Shown: positions 12,478 through 24,116, counted from the first letter of the whole stretch. The stretch: DNA of 63,436 nt, filler included, from Olpidium bornovanus S191 (GCA_017911155.1; 31 parts of 31 records of this genome joined end to end with filler, not necessarily neighbours in it), one strand, 5' to 3'. Notes: generated by a model not told the origin, from the sequence alone. Program-made: numbers and translations.

Positions 12478-13817
12478 CTTTTCCTAGGGAGGGGAGGTTG
12501 TGCGCGTGTGCGTGTGCGTGTGTGAGAGGGGAAAGTGGACCGGGGTAACGGGTTCGGAGACGTGCGGCGTTGGAGGCGCAGAAGAAAGGAGTTCGGGTGA
12601 CGAGGATGAGAAAGCTCAGGTACAAGAGCGAGGGGACGTTTGAACGGGGTCGCGACCGCGCGGTTTCGTTCGTGCGCACGTTCGGACAGAGGGGGCCTTT
12701 CTCCCCGCGTCTTTACCGGCGGCTCGTCCCCGCACACCCCTCCGGGCACGCGGCCCTGGATGCACGAGAATTCAGGTCCCCTTCCCGTGCGCGTCGTTTG
12801 GCGATCTTCCGCAGGCGGAAACCCCACCCCCCGCCCAGCTTCAAATACGGGGGGGGGGGGGGTTGTTCGGGAGAAACCAAGCGCGCACTTTTCCCGCGGC
12901 AAGCGGACGGGGGAACGCAGCTCTCGGCCTTGGTTGTTACCTTACAGAGAACTAGCGGGAATGCTGCTGCTCTCAACCTTGTTTTGCCACTTGTCAGCAG
13001 AGGGACAGGAAAAAGTCGTCGGCGCGCGGCGCACATCTCTGCTTGCCCGGCCTTTTCCCCCCCCCNNNNNNNNNNNNNNNNNNNNNNNNNNNNNNNNNNN
13101 NNNNNNNNNTTAATTAATTAANNNNNNNNNNNNNNNNNNNNNNNNNNNNNNNNNNNNNNNNNNNNGGGGGAAGGAGGGGGGGAAGGCCGAGTGCGCGCGC
13201 ATCACTTCGAGCGAGCCTCGGGCTTGCCTCCTTCTCTCGCGACACGCTCGCCGCCGCGCTTTTCGTCTTCCTCCCTGGTCGCGTCTTCCGCCTCTCATCC
13301 GGGCTACGGAAAGCCAAACAACCGCGGACGGCGGGGAAGAACCCGCGCCGAACCAGCAATTGCGAAACCACGCACGGCGCCAGAAAGTTTTTGCAAAAAA
13401 GGGCCCCGGGATTAATGTAGAATAGTGCGTTGTGGATGCATCTATAAAGGTTCAATTCCATTCGCCAGTAAAATACGTTTTAGAATGTGGGGAAAAAAGA
13501 CGGCCGTCACGCGCCATTGGAAGCAAGTTTCAGAAAAAAGGAGTACTTAGAGCCGAAGCTGTTTATAAAGTAAAAAAACGTTATTCCTCGCACGCGCCGC
13601 TGCTGACAGAAAAGCGTCTCCTCTCCTCTCCCGGGCAAGCTGGAGATTTGATGTTTGTTTGTCGCAGGCCCTGCTAGCAAAGCCCTTGCCCACTCTGCGT
13701 GCCTGCAGTGCTGTCCTACCTGGAACTGCCCGGCTTCTCGGGGAAATGTCTCCGTGTTCTTAAACATGGGTTGGTCCTGATGCCTGGAGGGCGGTATGCC
13801 CAGCAGGGAGGGTGCAG

Positions 13818-13849
<32 letters not shown>

Positions 13850-14022
13850 CGACCGCCGTAGGGACGTAAGCTGGAATGCGCCGGCGTTTGAGAGAAAGAC
13901 CGCCGACCGCCTGCGATCCCCAACGTCTTCGGCGTCCTTCAGCCTCAGACCCCTTCATGGACCCCTGCGCACCACCCTGCGCTCTCCTTGCAAACGCTTT
14001 GATCGCGGCACCCAGTCCTGGT

Positions 14023-14088
14023 TCGCGTGGAATGGCTGCAAGTTGCCATTCATCATCGCGTGGAATGGCTGCAAGTTGCCATTCATCA
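14023..14088. repeat. 33-bp perfect tandem duplication with an internal hairpin
   Basis: TCGCGTGGAATGGCTGCAAGTTGCCATTCATCA x2. Each unit contains the inverted arms GAATGGC and GCCATTC. Confidence 0.9.
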
Positions 14089-14347
14089 TCATCACCTTGG
14101 CAGTTTTTCGGAAATCGGGAGGGCGGGGCGGGCGAGGGCGTCTTCCCCCCGCCGCGCGCGCTCTTCCTCCTTCCTTCCCCGCGCGCCTGTGAGAGGACTG
14201 CGCGGCTGAGGCCCTCGGACGCGGAGCAGCACCATCGGCACCGGCACCGGCCCTAGAAACCGGTCCTCCCGCGCCAGATACACATCCGCTTCGTGCCCAA
14301 AGGAGCGCTCGGCAGAGGAGCGGCGGTGCTGCCGGGCGACGCCGGAG

Positions 14348-16603
14348 ATGCTCAAACAGAGGTGGAAGCCGACAGGGCCCCAGGAGCCGACCGACCCGGC
14401 CGGTCGGGCTCACGACGGTCAGCACGATGCGGCGGCCGGGGAAGACCCCGGGCAGACGGCGAAGGCGTCCGAGAGAAACCGGCGGGGGCTGCGGTTTTTT
14501 GCCGGCGCGAAGGGCGAGCTGCCTGTTGCGGTGGAGGACCACGGGAGCGAAACGTTGATCAAAAAGCGGTGGTTCCGGGAGGGCGAGCGAGACCGAACGG
14601 GATCGGCCGCCGTCGGCGAATCGGCTGCTCCCGCAGCCGGTAAGGCCGAGGGCCAAGCGGCGGCCGACGGTGCTGGAAGCCGGCTCACTGCCGACACAGC
14701 CGGCTCGGTGTGGCATGAACAGCTCGCTCCGCCGGGGCAGGAACCCGTTTTAACAAGCGGCAACTTTGCCGAGCGAGCCGGGGGGATAGCCCAGCAGATT
14801 GTGAAGACCACTCTGCAAGGCTGCGCAAATCTTCCGCACCTTGTCTCTCGTGCCCGGGCGCCGCTGCTCATGTCTCAGGAATACCCCTTCTGCGTCGCCT
14901 GGCCCTCGGCTCTCTTCCTTGTCATATTTCTCGCCTACTACCTCTCCCGTCCGCCGCGGTCTCGCCGCCGGCCCTCGGAGTTCGTGATCCCCTCAAGTTC
15001 CGTATTCCGTAACCCCGAGCGGTACACCCACCTGCGCAAGGTGTCGGTTCCGCGCCTGAGTGCCGACTATGTTGAGAGCGAGGTTGAGTTCCGGCATCCC
15101 GAGGACCCCGCCAATTCCATGAGGCAGCTGGACCAGTGGGCATACTTCCCGGGAAACGGCTGGCTCGCGTTTCTCGGGCTTGCGCCGCTGCTATACGTGG
15201 ACTCAAATTCGTCCGAAGACCACCGGAATGCAACGGCCATCTCGTTCAGCTCGAGGACCGGTGGGCTTACTGCCGAGGACGCCTTCGATGTCGATGGTTT
15301 GTCGAAACGACTTGGCGCATTGTTTGCCGACAGCAAGCAAGTCCGATGGAAATCTAATTTGCTCCTCCATCAGCTGACATCCTTGCCTGTTTGGGGCCGT
15401 CGAAGCTACTTATTCCATCGGACGCAACTGCCGGCGATCTTCCGCAACTAATTGTACGAACCCAAAGAGCCGTGGTTGCATTCCTGGTTCCGGAAAACTC
15501 AGCAGTGCTCATTTTTGGCCCCCGTCATCTAGGAACGCCAGTTGAACGTGATCTGCCAAAAATGGCTTGCGCTAACGAAGGACGACGGATTGCTGGACGT
15601 GTCTTTCAAGTCGGGCGGACTGGGATTGTATGCGGCCGAGACAGTCGGGTGCGAAGTGACCTGTGCGATGGTCGACGAGTTCGCAGGTACGTACAACTGG
15701 CCTATAACACCGCTTTGCCTATTTCGGCGGGTGCGTTTGCGAGGCGTTTGACGTCCGCTGCCTTTGCGCGCGTCGGCTGTACGCTCAGCAGAAACACTGG
15801 AAGCTACCACGCGGTATTCTTCATCCTCCAGCCCGGTCGCCGTGCTTCGGTGGGACGATTTCGCAGGACGGCAGGCGCTAGACCGGAAGCGGGCCCTAGA
15901 GCCCGCCAAATTTACAAAGTGCTCGCTGCTGTGCCCGCCGTCGACATCGTATCTCACTCAGATGCTGCCGGTGGTCGCGGCCGCTTTGGCGCCGCGGGGA
16001 ACGCTGCTGATGTGCGTGTCCCTCTTGGTCGAGAAGGCGGAAGGGCCGATGCCGCCGCAAACAGAGGCGGAGCACCTCCGCGCCTTCGCGAGGCACCACG
16101 TCCTGCCCATAGGCCTGGACTCGTTGGCGACCGGGTCGTCCGTTTCCGGGTGGATCACGCTCGCGGCGCTCACCCGCGACCTCGGCGGCGCGGGGTTTGA
16201 GCTCAAGTGGGCTCGCAGCGCCGGCAAAGACATGGGGCGGGTGTGCGAGCTGGCGGTCCGGGAGATCATACCCTCCCCCATGTGGGTCCGTGCGCCCGTC
16301 GAGGGGAGGAAGTTCACGGGCAGAGACTCCGGCGACGACGAAAACGAATCCGCCGCCTCGTCAGACCCGCGCGCCGGCCAGCGGAGGCGGAGCAGCGGGG
16401 GAGCGGCTTCGTCCCGGAAACGGAGGAGCTCCCGACTGAGCCGAGAGGGGACCCATGCCCTCAACCCGGCGTCGCCGCGCAACGCCCGGCAGATGAGGAA
16501 GCGGGCTTGGGAGTTCTACCTCGCCTGGGCCGCGGGCGCATACGCCCGCGGCGTGCTGGAGACGTACTGGATCCTGGCCGTGAAGCGTGACGACGCGAGC
16601 TGA
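14348..16603 (+). CDS. Divergent sphingolipid C9-methyltransferase / CFA-synthase-family protein; about 3 exons
   Basis: Exon 1 has a TM segment (YPFCVAWPSALFLVIFLAYYL) followed by RKVSVPRLSADYVESEVEF...LDQWAYF. Exon 15533-15686 reads RQLNVICQKWLALTKDDGLLDVSFKSGGLGLYAAETVGCEV. Exon 15792-16603 includes FARHHVLP...GFELKW...KRAWEFYLAWAAGAYARG. The first donor is not resolved. Confidence 0.75.
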
Positions 16604-17524
16604 ATGCAGCTCTGGGAAACATCCAGTTTGCGCCTGACGAGTGCGATTTTTGCCGCGGAATGTTTACACCAAACGTTTCGCAAACATGGGCCCGGCGGGT
16701 TTCGCCTTACCGTTGCGGGCATCGGTGTGTAACAGTAGCGCATGTAAACTATGTAACGTATGTAATGTTATTCTTCCTTCATCGCCGGGAGCGTAGAAAT
16801 CCTGCAATCCATATCAAAATGTCCCCGCGGAGCCAAATCTCTCACTCTCCCCAACCACTACAGCCAGATGAGGGAGGGAAAAAAGACCTGACATGTTGCA
16901 AAATCCGACGTCAAGGTCATCATTACTCCAGCCCAACAACTTCTGAACCGCCCTCATATCTGCCGCGTGAACAGTAATTCTCCAGCTAATCCACCCTGCA
17001 CTCCGTCGGGATGCTCTGAAGCTCGTTCTGAAACATTATGCTGCCTTCCCGCAAATTTCTGTGAGCACCATCCGATGAACGACGGAACGACACGGAACGA
17101 CGCGCCTTTTCGCCAACAGCGACCGGGCCTCACGACGGTCAAGTCACCGCGAGGAAAAGTCATGCAGTGCGGCGCGTTATTCGTCCACAAGAGCAGCTTT
17201 TTTTCCGCCGGCGCGCTCGCGGCTACGGGTGAGCAAGAAACACGCCACCCCGTCCTTAAACGCGCGGGCGAAAGGTTTTGCGAGTCGGTGGGAAAAGAAG
17301 GAAAGAAAAAAAAAAGGCGTAGTATTCGAAAGAGCGCCGGCGCGCCGTTGGAGGGAAGCCTTCAAGGTCCTGCGAAACCACCGCGGAAACCTGCCAAAAG
17401 TGCGTGACGGGCAAAACCTCGCGGGCCCTACAAGGCTGGGAAACCAGCAATTATGATTGATCTTCGACCCCTTGCGGCTTTGGTCCCATCGTGACCCGAA
17501 CCGGACTGCTTCGTTCCCTTTACT

Positions 17525-17561
<37 letters not shown>

Positions 17562-17590
17562 GGGGGGCCGGGGGGGGGGGGGGGCCCCCC

Positions 17591-17625
<35 letters not shown>

Positions 17626-17767
17626 TGCCCCCCCCCCCCCCCCCCCCCCCCACCCGCCCCCCCCCCCNNNNNNNNNNNNNNNNNNNNNNNNNNNNNNNNN
17701 NNNNNNNNNNNTTAATTAATTAANNNNNNNNNNNNNNNNNNNNNNNNNNNNNNNNNNNNNNNNNNNN

Positions 17768-18843
17768 CAGGTTCCCAGGTGCAACGGTTTGCTCCTGGTG
17801 TGGGCGTTACGCTCATCGGCCCGGGCGCGGAAAACCCGAATGAGTGACTGCGGTCCGCGGCCTCCTCTCGCGTGAAGATCGGGCAACCGTGATAAGCTCC
17901 ATGATAAACGGCTACCTGAGCAACACGCACGACCTGGACGACAGGGCCGTGCACGTACTCTTCTCCGCTAACCGCTGGGAAGCGATGTACGCCCCTGCGG
18001 GATGTTCACGCATCCCAGTGCGCGAAGAAAGACTTCGCTGGCCAATATTTTTATCTAATTTTCAGGTTTGCCGAATGTCCCGAAAAAAAAAACGCCCAGG
18101 AAATCGATGTCGGAGTTTCTCAAACAAGGCGTTACCCTCGTTGTTGACCGTTACGCCTTCTTCGGCGTGGCCTTCTCGGCGGCAAAGTGCGTTTCGGCGT
18201 CCGGCGCGGCATCTCCTCCTACGTCGAGAATCCGTCGGGCTTTTGGCGGATCTCTATTTTTTTTTGTTGTTTGTTTGTTTGTTTGGACCGTCAAGGCTTC
18301 TTCGCTTTTCTAATTTCAAGCCTTTCTTCTTTGTTTTTTCTTCTTTCTTCTCTTTTGCAGGGTTTGGATGTCGAATGGTGCAAGGCTCCGGACCGCAGCC
18401 TGCTGACGCCGGACCTTGTGTTTGGACGCCGTGTCAAGGGGAGGGTTCGGTAACGAGCGGTACGAGACGTTTGCATTCCAAGAGGCCGTCAGAAAGGTTT
18501 TCCACCATCTTCGAACGGACGAGTGGAACGTGCGTTCTCTCCCACGTTTAATGTTTGGTCTGTTTAAGCAGAGCTCCGGCTGTAGTTTGCGGAGCGGTTA
18601 AATTCCGTCGTCCCCTTCCCCCCGCCCCCCACCCCCCGCCCCCTACCCCCGTCATTCATTAAAACAGTTCGCGCGGTTTTTTTCCCCCAGGTCATCGACG
18701 CGCAGCAGTCGGAAGACCAGGTCTTCGACCAGATCCGGACCGCTGTCGACGCGAAGCTCGAACGCGCAGCACGAAGCGAACTCACAATGGGCCTGTGGCT
18801 TTCCGCCGGGCAAGAAGAGCAGAGAAAAAAAAATTACTTGTGA
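17768..18843 (+). CDS. CDC8: Thymidylate kinase, 5'-partial, with an apparent frameshift near 18420
   Basis: FP|DRATVISSMINGYL...AVHVLFSANRWE; GVTLVVDRYAFFGVAFSAAK; GLDVEWCKAPDRSLLTPDLV / RGGFGNERYE; VIDAQQSEDQV... ending at TGA 18841-18843. Confidence 0.9.
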
Positions 18844-21042
18844 AAGGAAAGAGGAAGCTACAACTCCGCCAATATGCTCCGCAAAAGTTAACACACGCAG
18901 CGAGACCGGGGAGGCCGGACGGAGCCCGTACTTCTCGATTTTCAATTAAGCACCGCGCGGCGTGTGTTCTGCCACACGGCTGGAAACGATCGCCGAAAAA
19001 ATTGAGACGCCGTGTGACTTTTTGACGTTGAGCCGTTTACCCTCGTGGAAGCAGTATAAGCATTTTCTCTTTTTGTAAATGTTGTCTTTCTTCCCCACCT
19101 TCCCCCGCCACCCGCCGTCGTCGCTCTTCTCCCGTTGGTCACCTACGCAAATGGCGCGCTGTAGCAGCATCGGTTTTCCCCGCGGCCGCTTACACCGAGG
19201 GAGCTGATGCTAGTATTCTGGTACTGGTAGCAGCCGTTATTATTTACAGTATGTGCTGTTGGCATGAGTGAAATAAAACTCTGGCAAAATGTACTTCGTC
19301 CGATCCCGTTTGATGAAGTCGGTGTTGTCCCTAATCGATTGCGCGGGGGATCAACCGACGGTGAAGACTGCAGGGGTGCCGGCNNNNNNNNNNNNNNNNN
19401 NNNNNNNNNNNNNNNNNNNNNNNNNNNTTAATTAATTAANNNNNNNNNNNNNNNNNNNNNNNNNNNNNNNNNNNNNNNNNNNNGGCGGCTGGTGTCGCAG
19501 CTGCAATTCAGGTATTGGCAGATAAATTTCCTCGTACGCTTTCATCGTCTCCGCGGACCCCGGTTGAGTCCTGTGAACCTGTCGTCAAAACCAGCTCCTA
19601 CATGTTCACAGAAATTTATGACTATAATAGAATTGGTCTGCATGTCAATCTGCAGATACGAACAGCAAAGCGAAAAGTCGAGATTATGTTGGATTACGCA
19701 GCTCGAAGTTCAGATCCGTCGCATTAAAGATTATCGAAACGCGCGGGAAGTTTTCGAAGGCCTTTACCACCTCGGACAATATCCGGGACGCTTTGCTACT
19801 GCGCCTGGTGCACGTCACGAATGACATCCTGATGCGGAAAAATGCGTTAGTGCTTCATATGCCACCGCCAAAGCCCAGGAAAACGAGCGAGGCCAAAAAA
19901 ACGCGGACGAGATGACGTCCCGGTCGAAGTGTGTATCGCCAGTCGCCGATTGGCGCCTGTCAACCACCGAACGCGCAAGGGAAATGCTCGCAAGCAGGCG
20001 GGGCAATGAGCCAGCGTGCGATCAAGACGAAGCGGAATAAAGGGTGATGCCAAAGTGTCATCCGCTTGCGCGCAACGGAAGAATAGCGACATCAAAAAAA
20101 TAAGTAGCCTTAGCCAACGTTCAACCAGTCGGCTTCGCAAGTCGCCCACATACGGTAGTCCAATCGCCATACTGTGAACGCATGGTCCGCGCGTTTGTCC
20201 GAGCCAAACAAACAATGCAAGGAAACGTCCCCCCGACGGCATTGTAAACATTCGGTCACCAGAATTTGCCTGCTTTTGCCCCGCAGCCTCTGCGGCGTGG
20301 GTGAGGGAGTATGGTCCATGTCTGCGCACTGTTGTCAGTGACGAGCGCCTTCAACCCCAGCAAAGAGCATCGAAGGCAAACACTCAAAAAGACACACACG
20401 CGCGAGAAAACGCGCAGACGGGTTAGTAGCTCAGCTTACTTTGACCTCCCTACGAGTGGATTGTGCCGGCTAAGTGCCGCATGAGCGATAGACCATGGGG
20501 CCCGCGAAGCAGAAAAAAGCAAAAACCCAACTCGCCGCCGTCGACGCGTTTGCGGCGCGGCTTCCGTGGTTGTCCCGGTGCGCGAAATACGTGCGTAGCT
20601 ACTGCACACAAACCACGGTACTCCGTCAGCGCTCGTACACCGGTTAGAACAAGGTAAAGCGGGGTAGCCGAAGAACAAGGGAAAGCGGGATCCACGGGCT
20701 CACCAGGGCCCGTCGGTGTCTCTTGCCGCGATGTGTTCTAAGAGAACTCGCGCTTCGAGGAGCAGGAAGGACCGGGGAAAACGAGAGAGCGGGGAAGGCA
20801 GCGGAGGTTGGGACCGAACGGCAGATGCACCGGCAGCGGGGAAAAGGAAAAGAGTCGGTCGACCAAACGTCCGGGGTTTGCGGGGGGCCGGAGGGAACGA
20901 AACGAAAGCGGCCCGCGCCGGCCCGAGACCTCGACGGCAGCCAAACCTTCTTCGCCCCCCCGCCCCCTTCCCCCCGACGCGCGCGTTTCGCCGCGGCGGG
21001 GAAAGGCGGAGGTGAAAGGCGGGCCGCGCGTTAGGGCAACCA

Positions 21043-21052
21043 GTCACGTGAC
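21043..21052. promoter_or_regulatory. GTCACGTGAC palindrome (Cbf1/USF/TFEB-type E-box)
   Basis: Perfect 10-bp palindrome about 125 bp upstream of the profilin ATG. Confidence 0.35.
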
Positions 21053-21176
21053 CGCCACATCCCGGGACGCGAGCGCTCCTTGCGACCGAGGCGTGCTGGG
21101 GCTGGCCGTGATCGCCAGCGCACCGCACGCCGCGGCCTGAACCGAAGCCCGAGCGAGCGGACTCGTGCGCCCCGTC

Positions 21177-21284
21177 ATGAACAGCCTTCTGCAGGAGGCG
21201 CTGATGAACACGAAGCACGTCAGCCAAGCCGCCATCATAAGGCGGAAGGACGGCCTGGTCAAAGCCAAGTCACCGAACTTCCAG
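21177..21284 (+). CDS. Profilin, PFN4-like; first exon
   Basis: MNSLLQEALMNTKHVSQAAIIRRKDGLVKAKSPNFQ followed by a GTACAC donor. It resembles the recalled N-terminus of metazoan profilin-4 (LLLDTLLGTKHVDSAALI...ASPGF). Confidence 0.75.
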
Positions 21285-21396
21285 GTACACTCCACCNNNN
21301 NNNNNNNNNNNNNNNNNNNNNNNNNNNNNNNNNNNNNNNNTTAATTAATTAANNNNNNNNNNNNNNNNNNNNNNNNNNNNNNNNNNNNNNNNNNNN

Positions 21397-22365
21397 GGCT
21401 CAAAATCAACGCAGGGACTCGCAGAAAAGCGCAGAAAGGCTGGGGAAAAGCGCTGGGAAGCAAATAAACAATGCAGAGAAGAGCAGGGAACGAATCAAAG
21501 AGGCTGTAAAAGCCATGGTGAGCAGCAGTGTCCGCTATAAAGCTCATCCACAATAGGGAGAAGGTCAGGAACACCCAGAATTCGTTTTCCGTGAAACAGA
21601 GAAGGGGGTGCAATTTTCCCAAACTCCGAGGGTCTCGTTATTGTCGGAGAGAGTGCCGATTCTCAAACAGTTTGTTGCAGCAAATGCGCGCTGGTGAGAA
21701 AAACATTCCTGCGTTGACCATTCGCCGATTGAACGTGGCTCCACTTCACAGTCGTCAAAAGAAGGCCAAAAGTGTTCCATTTTGAGACGTTTTCTATTCG
21801 TTCTCGGCCGTCCGGGCACGGACCGTGCTCTAACTTTGAGGAAAGGTGTGCTTGAGCGGGGGCGGGGGTTTCCTCCAAGTTTCGTGGAAATCGGTGCAGT
21901 GGGGGCCAAGAAATTGGCGGCCGAAGTTTGCGAAATTAGGGGGGGGGGCTCAGAATTATGTGTAACGCGTTTGGACGTGTTCGGGCGTGTTTGGGGCCCC
22001 CCGCGTCACCGGTACACTGGTACACTAGGGTAATTTCAAGTAAAACCCAAAACAGCGCAAAACAGCGCAAAATCAACAGAAAAGAGCGGAGAAAAGCGCA
22101 GGAAGGCTGGGAAAAGAACTCCCAACAAAAGATGGAAAAAAGGAGCATGAATGGCGCATAATACAAAGGAAGAAAGTACAGATAATGTGCCAGAGAAGAG
22201 AATAATTGGGTGTCGGAGCGAACAATTCAACACCCTGCTCTTCTCTACATTGTTTATTTGCGTCCCTGCGCTTTTCTCTAGCCTTTCTGCGCTTTTCTGC
22301 GAGTCACTACGTTGATTTTGAGCCGTTCTGTGCCGGTTTGCGCATTTTTGGCCGGATTACCCTAG
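21397..22365. mobile_element. MITE/foldback-like non-autonomous element with long imperfect inverted repeats
   Basis: 21397-21488 is about 90% identical to the reverse complement of 22233-22324. CTAGGGTAAT (22025-22034) and ATTACCCTAG (22356-22365) form a perfect 10-bp inverted repeat bounding a 341-bp unit with imperfect inner arms. No transposase ORF. Confidence 0.5.
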
Positions 22366-23225
22366 CTACAGTGACCAATTCAACACTTGAATCGGTTTCC
22401 CGGCCCAACCCCAGCACCAGCACAGACAGGAGAACAGGTCATGCAGGTGAGCAAGTCCGTGAGGAACCGTCCAAAAAAAACGGCAGGTTTCCATCTGGTC
22501 TGGGGGCCGAGGTACGTCACTTTTATTAGTTCACTACATCTTAATGTGTTGCAATCTACCCTTTTAGCACGGTTTGAACATGGAGGCCGACTTTGAATCC
22601 ACACCGCTGAACACGCAGGTACCTACCCAAGCTGGTTCAAGGCTCGTTCAAAAGGCCTCGTCGGGGCCCTTAGAATGAGTCTAAAACCACTTGGTTTAGG
22701 TCTTTCCCCGTCAAGCTGCAAGGGTTACAAGTCACAAAACGTGTTAGCGCGGTGAAAACCCGTGAAACCCCGCGGTCAAAGCATGGTGGTCGCCATGGTC
22801 GCCCGACCGCGCAAGGAGGAAAAAAAGAAAGGAAGGTGCGGAGGGCGTTGCGGGGGGGCTGGAGGCTGGCCGATGCCATCCATTGAATCTCGATGGCGGC
22901 TTAACTGCCGTGAANNNNNNNNNNNNNNNNNNNNNNNNNNNNNNNNNNNNNNNNNNNNTTAATTAATTAANNNNNNNNNNNNNNNNNNNNNNNNNNNNNN
23001 NNNNNNNNNNNNNNCATGCGCAACCGGAAACAATGCTTGCCCTCGTTGTGGAGGCTGGTAACATTGCTATCCCCTCCGCCTTCTCGTCCACCTTGCGGTT
23101 GGAAAATGCGAACAAGTCATATGCTTATGCAGTGGGAAATCGACCACTCTGATGACTGCGCGGTCGGCTTGTTACCTCGTTAGTCGCACGGCAATGGTTC
23201 CGAAGTCCGCAGTAACATGGTGATC

Positions 23226-23318
23226 AACGTCACTTTAAAAAAACCGGTATGCCAACAACGTCACTTTCAGGAAACCGGTATGCCAACTACGTCACTTTCA
23301 GGAAACCGGTATGCCAAC
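23226..23318. repeat. 31-bp x3 tandem repeat
   Basis: Units of AACGTCACTTTCAGGAAACCGGTATGCCAAC start at 23226, 23257 and 23288, with minor variants. Confidence 0.9.
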
Positions 23319-23618
23319 CCGGAAGACAGAAACACGGAATTTTGCTTTGCGCCTTCCAAACCCTCCCTTCGCGACTCCCCGCACATTTTTTCGCTTGCCT
23401 TGATCCAGCCCCTCTCGTAGTGAACAAACCTGCAAAACACAGGCAATTGTTTCCGCTATTTTGGAATGGTACAGATCGACGCGTTCGAATGTGATGACGT
23501 GGAGTGACCAGAGCCCGTTTCCGGCTCAAAGCCAGTTTGCTCGCGAAGACATCCGGAGACACGCCTCGGCCTCGGTTCCCAAGCACGCGAAGGCACTGTG
23601 GAGGCCAAGAATGATGCT

Positions 23619-23708
23619 TGCTGACCCTCCCAACGTGGCTCGCGTGAGTGGCCGACTGATCCCTGCTGACCCTCCCAACGTGGCTCGCGTGAGTGGCCGA
23701 CTGACCCC
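23619..23708. repeat. 45-bp x2 tandem repeat
   Basis: TGCTGACCCTCCCAACGTGGCTCGCGTGAGTGGCCGACTGA(T/C)CCC twice. Confidence 0.9.
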
Positions 23709-23819
23709 GTCGCGGTCCCCGGTAGCCTCGCGGAAATCGGCATGGTTCAGGCTCTACGGTTTCCGAGGCTCCGCGGAATTCCTCTAGGCGGAACCGACAG
23801 CGTTTGCGCGAAACGCGCA

Positions 23820-24116
23820 TCAGGCCTGCCCCTTCGATCTCTTCTCAAAACACTCCTTGAACGCCGCCAACTCTGCCCTGCACTTGCGCCAGTCCTTCCC
23901 GCAGTCGAAGAAGCAGTCCTGCACAGCCTCGTGCTCCGCCCTGCAACCCGAGCGGGTTATGCGGAGCTCGTACTCGTCCTCTTCCTCGTTTTGTTCGCTG
24001 GACGACTTCGACGGAGGCGGCGCCCTGCGTACGTGCGGCCGGCTCTCCGGGACTTCGGAATTTTCTGGGTTCGACGGGCCTTCTTTGCCCGACGCGGGCG
24101 GTTGCGCCACGGTCAT
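23820..24116 (-). CDS. COA4: Cytochrome c oxidase assembly factor 4 (twin CX9C protein); complete, intronless
   Basis: EEEDEYELRITRSGCRAEHEAVQDCFFDCGKDWRKCRAELAAFKECF: two CX9C motifs plus the DWRxC signature. Confidence 0.9.
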   Translation of the reverse strand: MTVAQPPASGKEGPSNPENSEVPESRPHVRRAPPPSKSSSEQNEEEDEYELRITRSGCRAEHEAVQDCFFDCGKDWRKCRAELAAFKECFEKRSKGQA

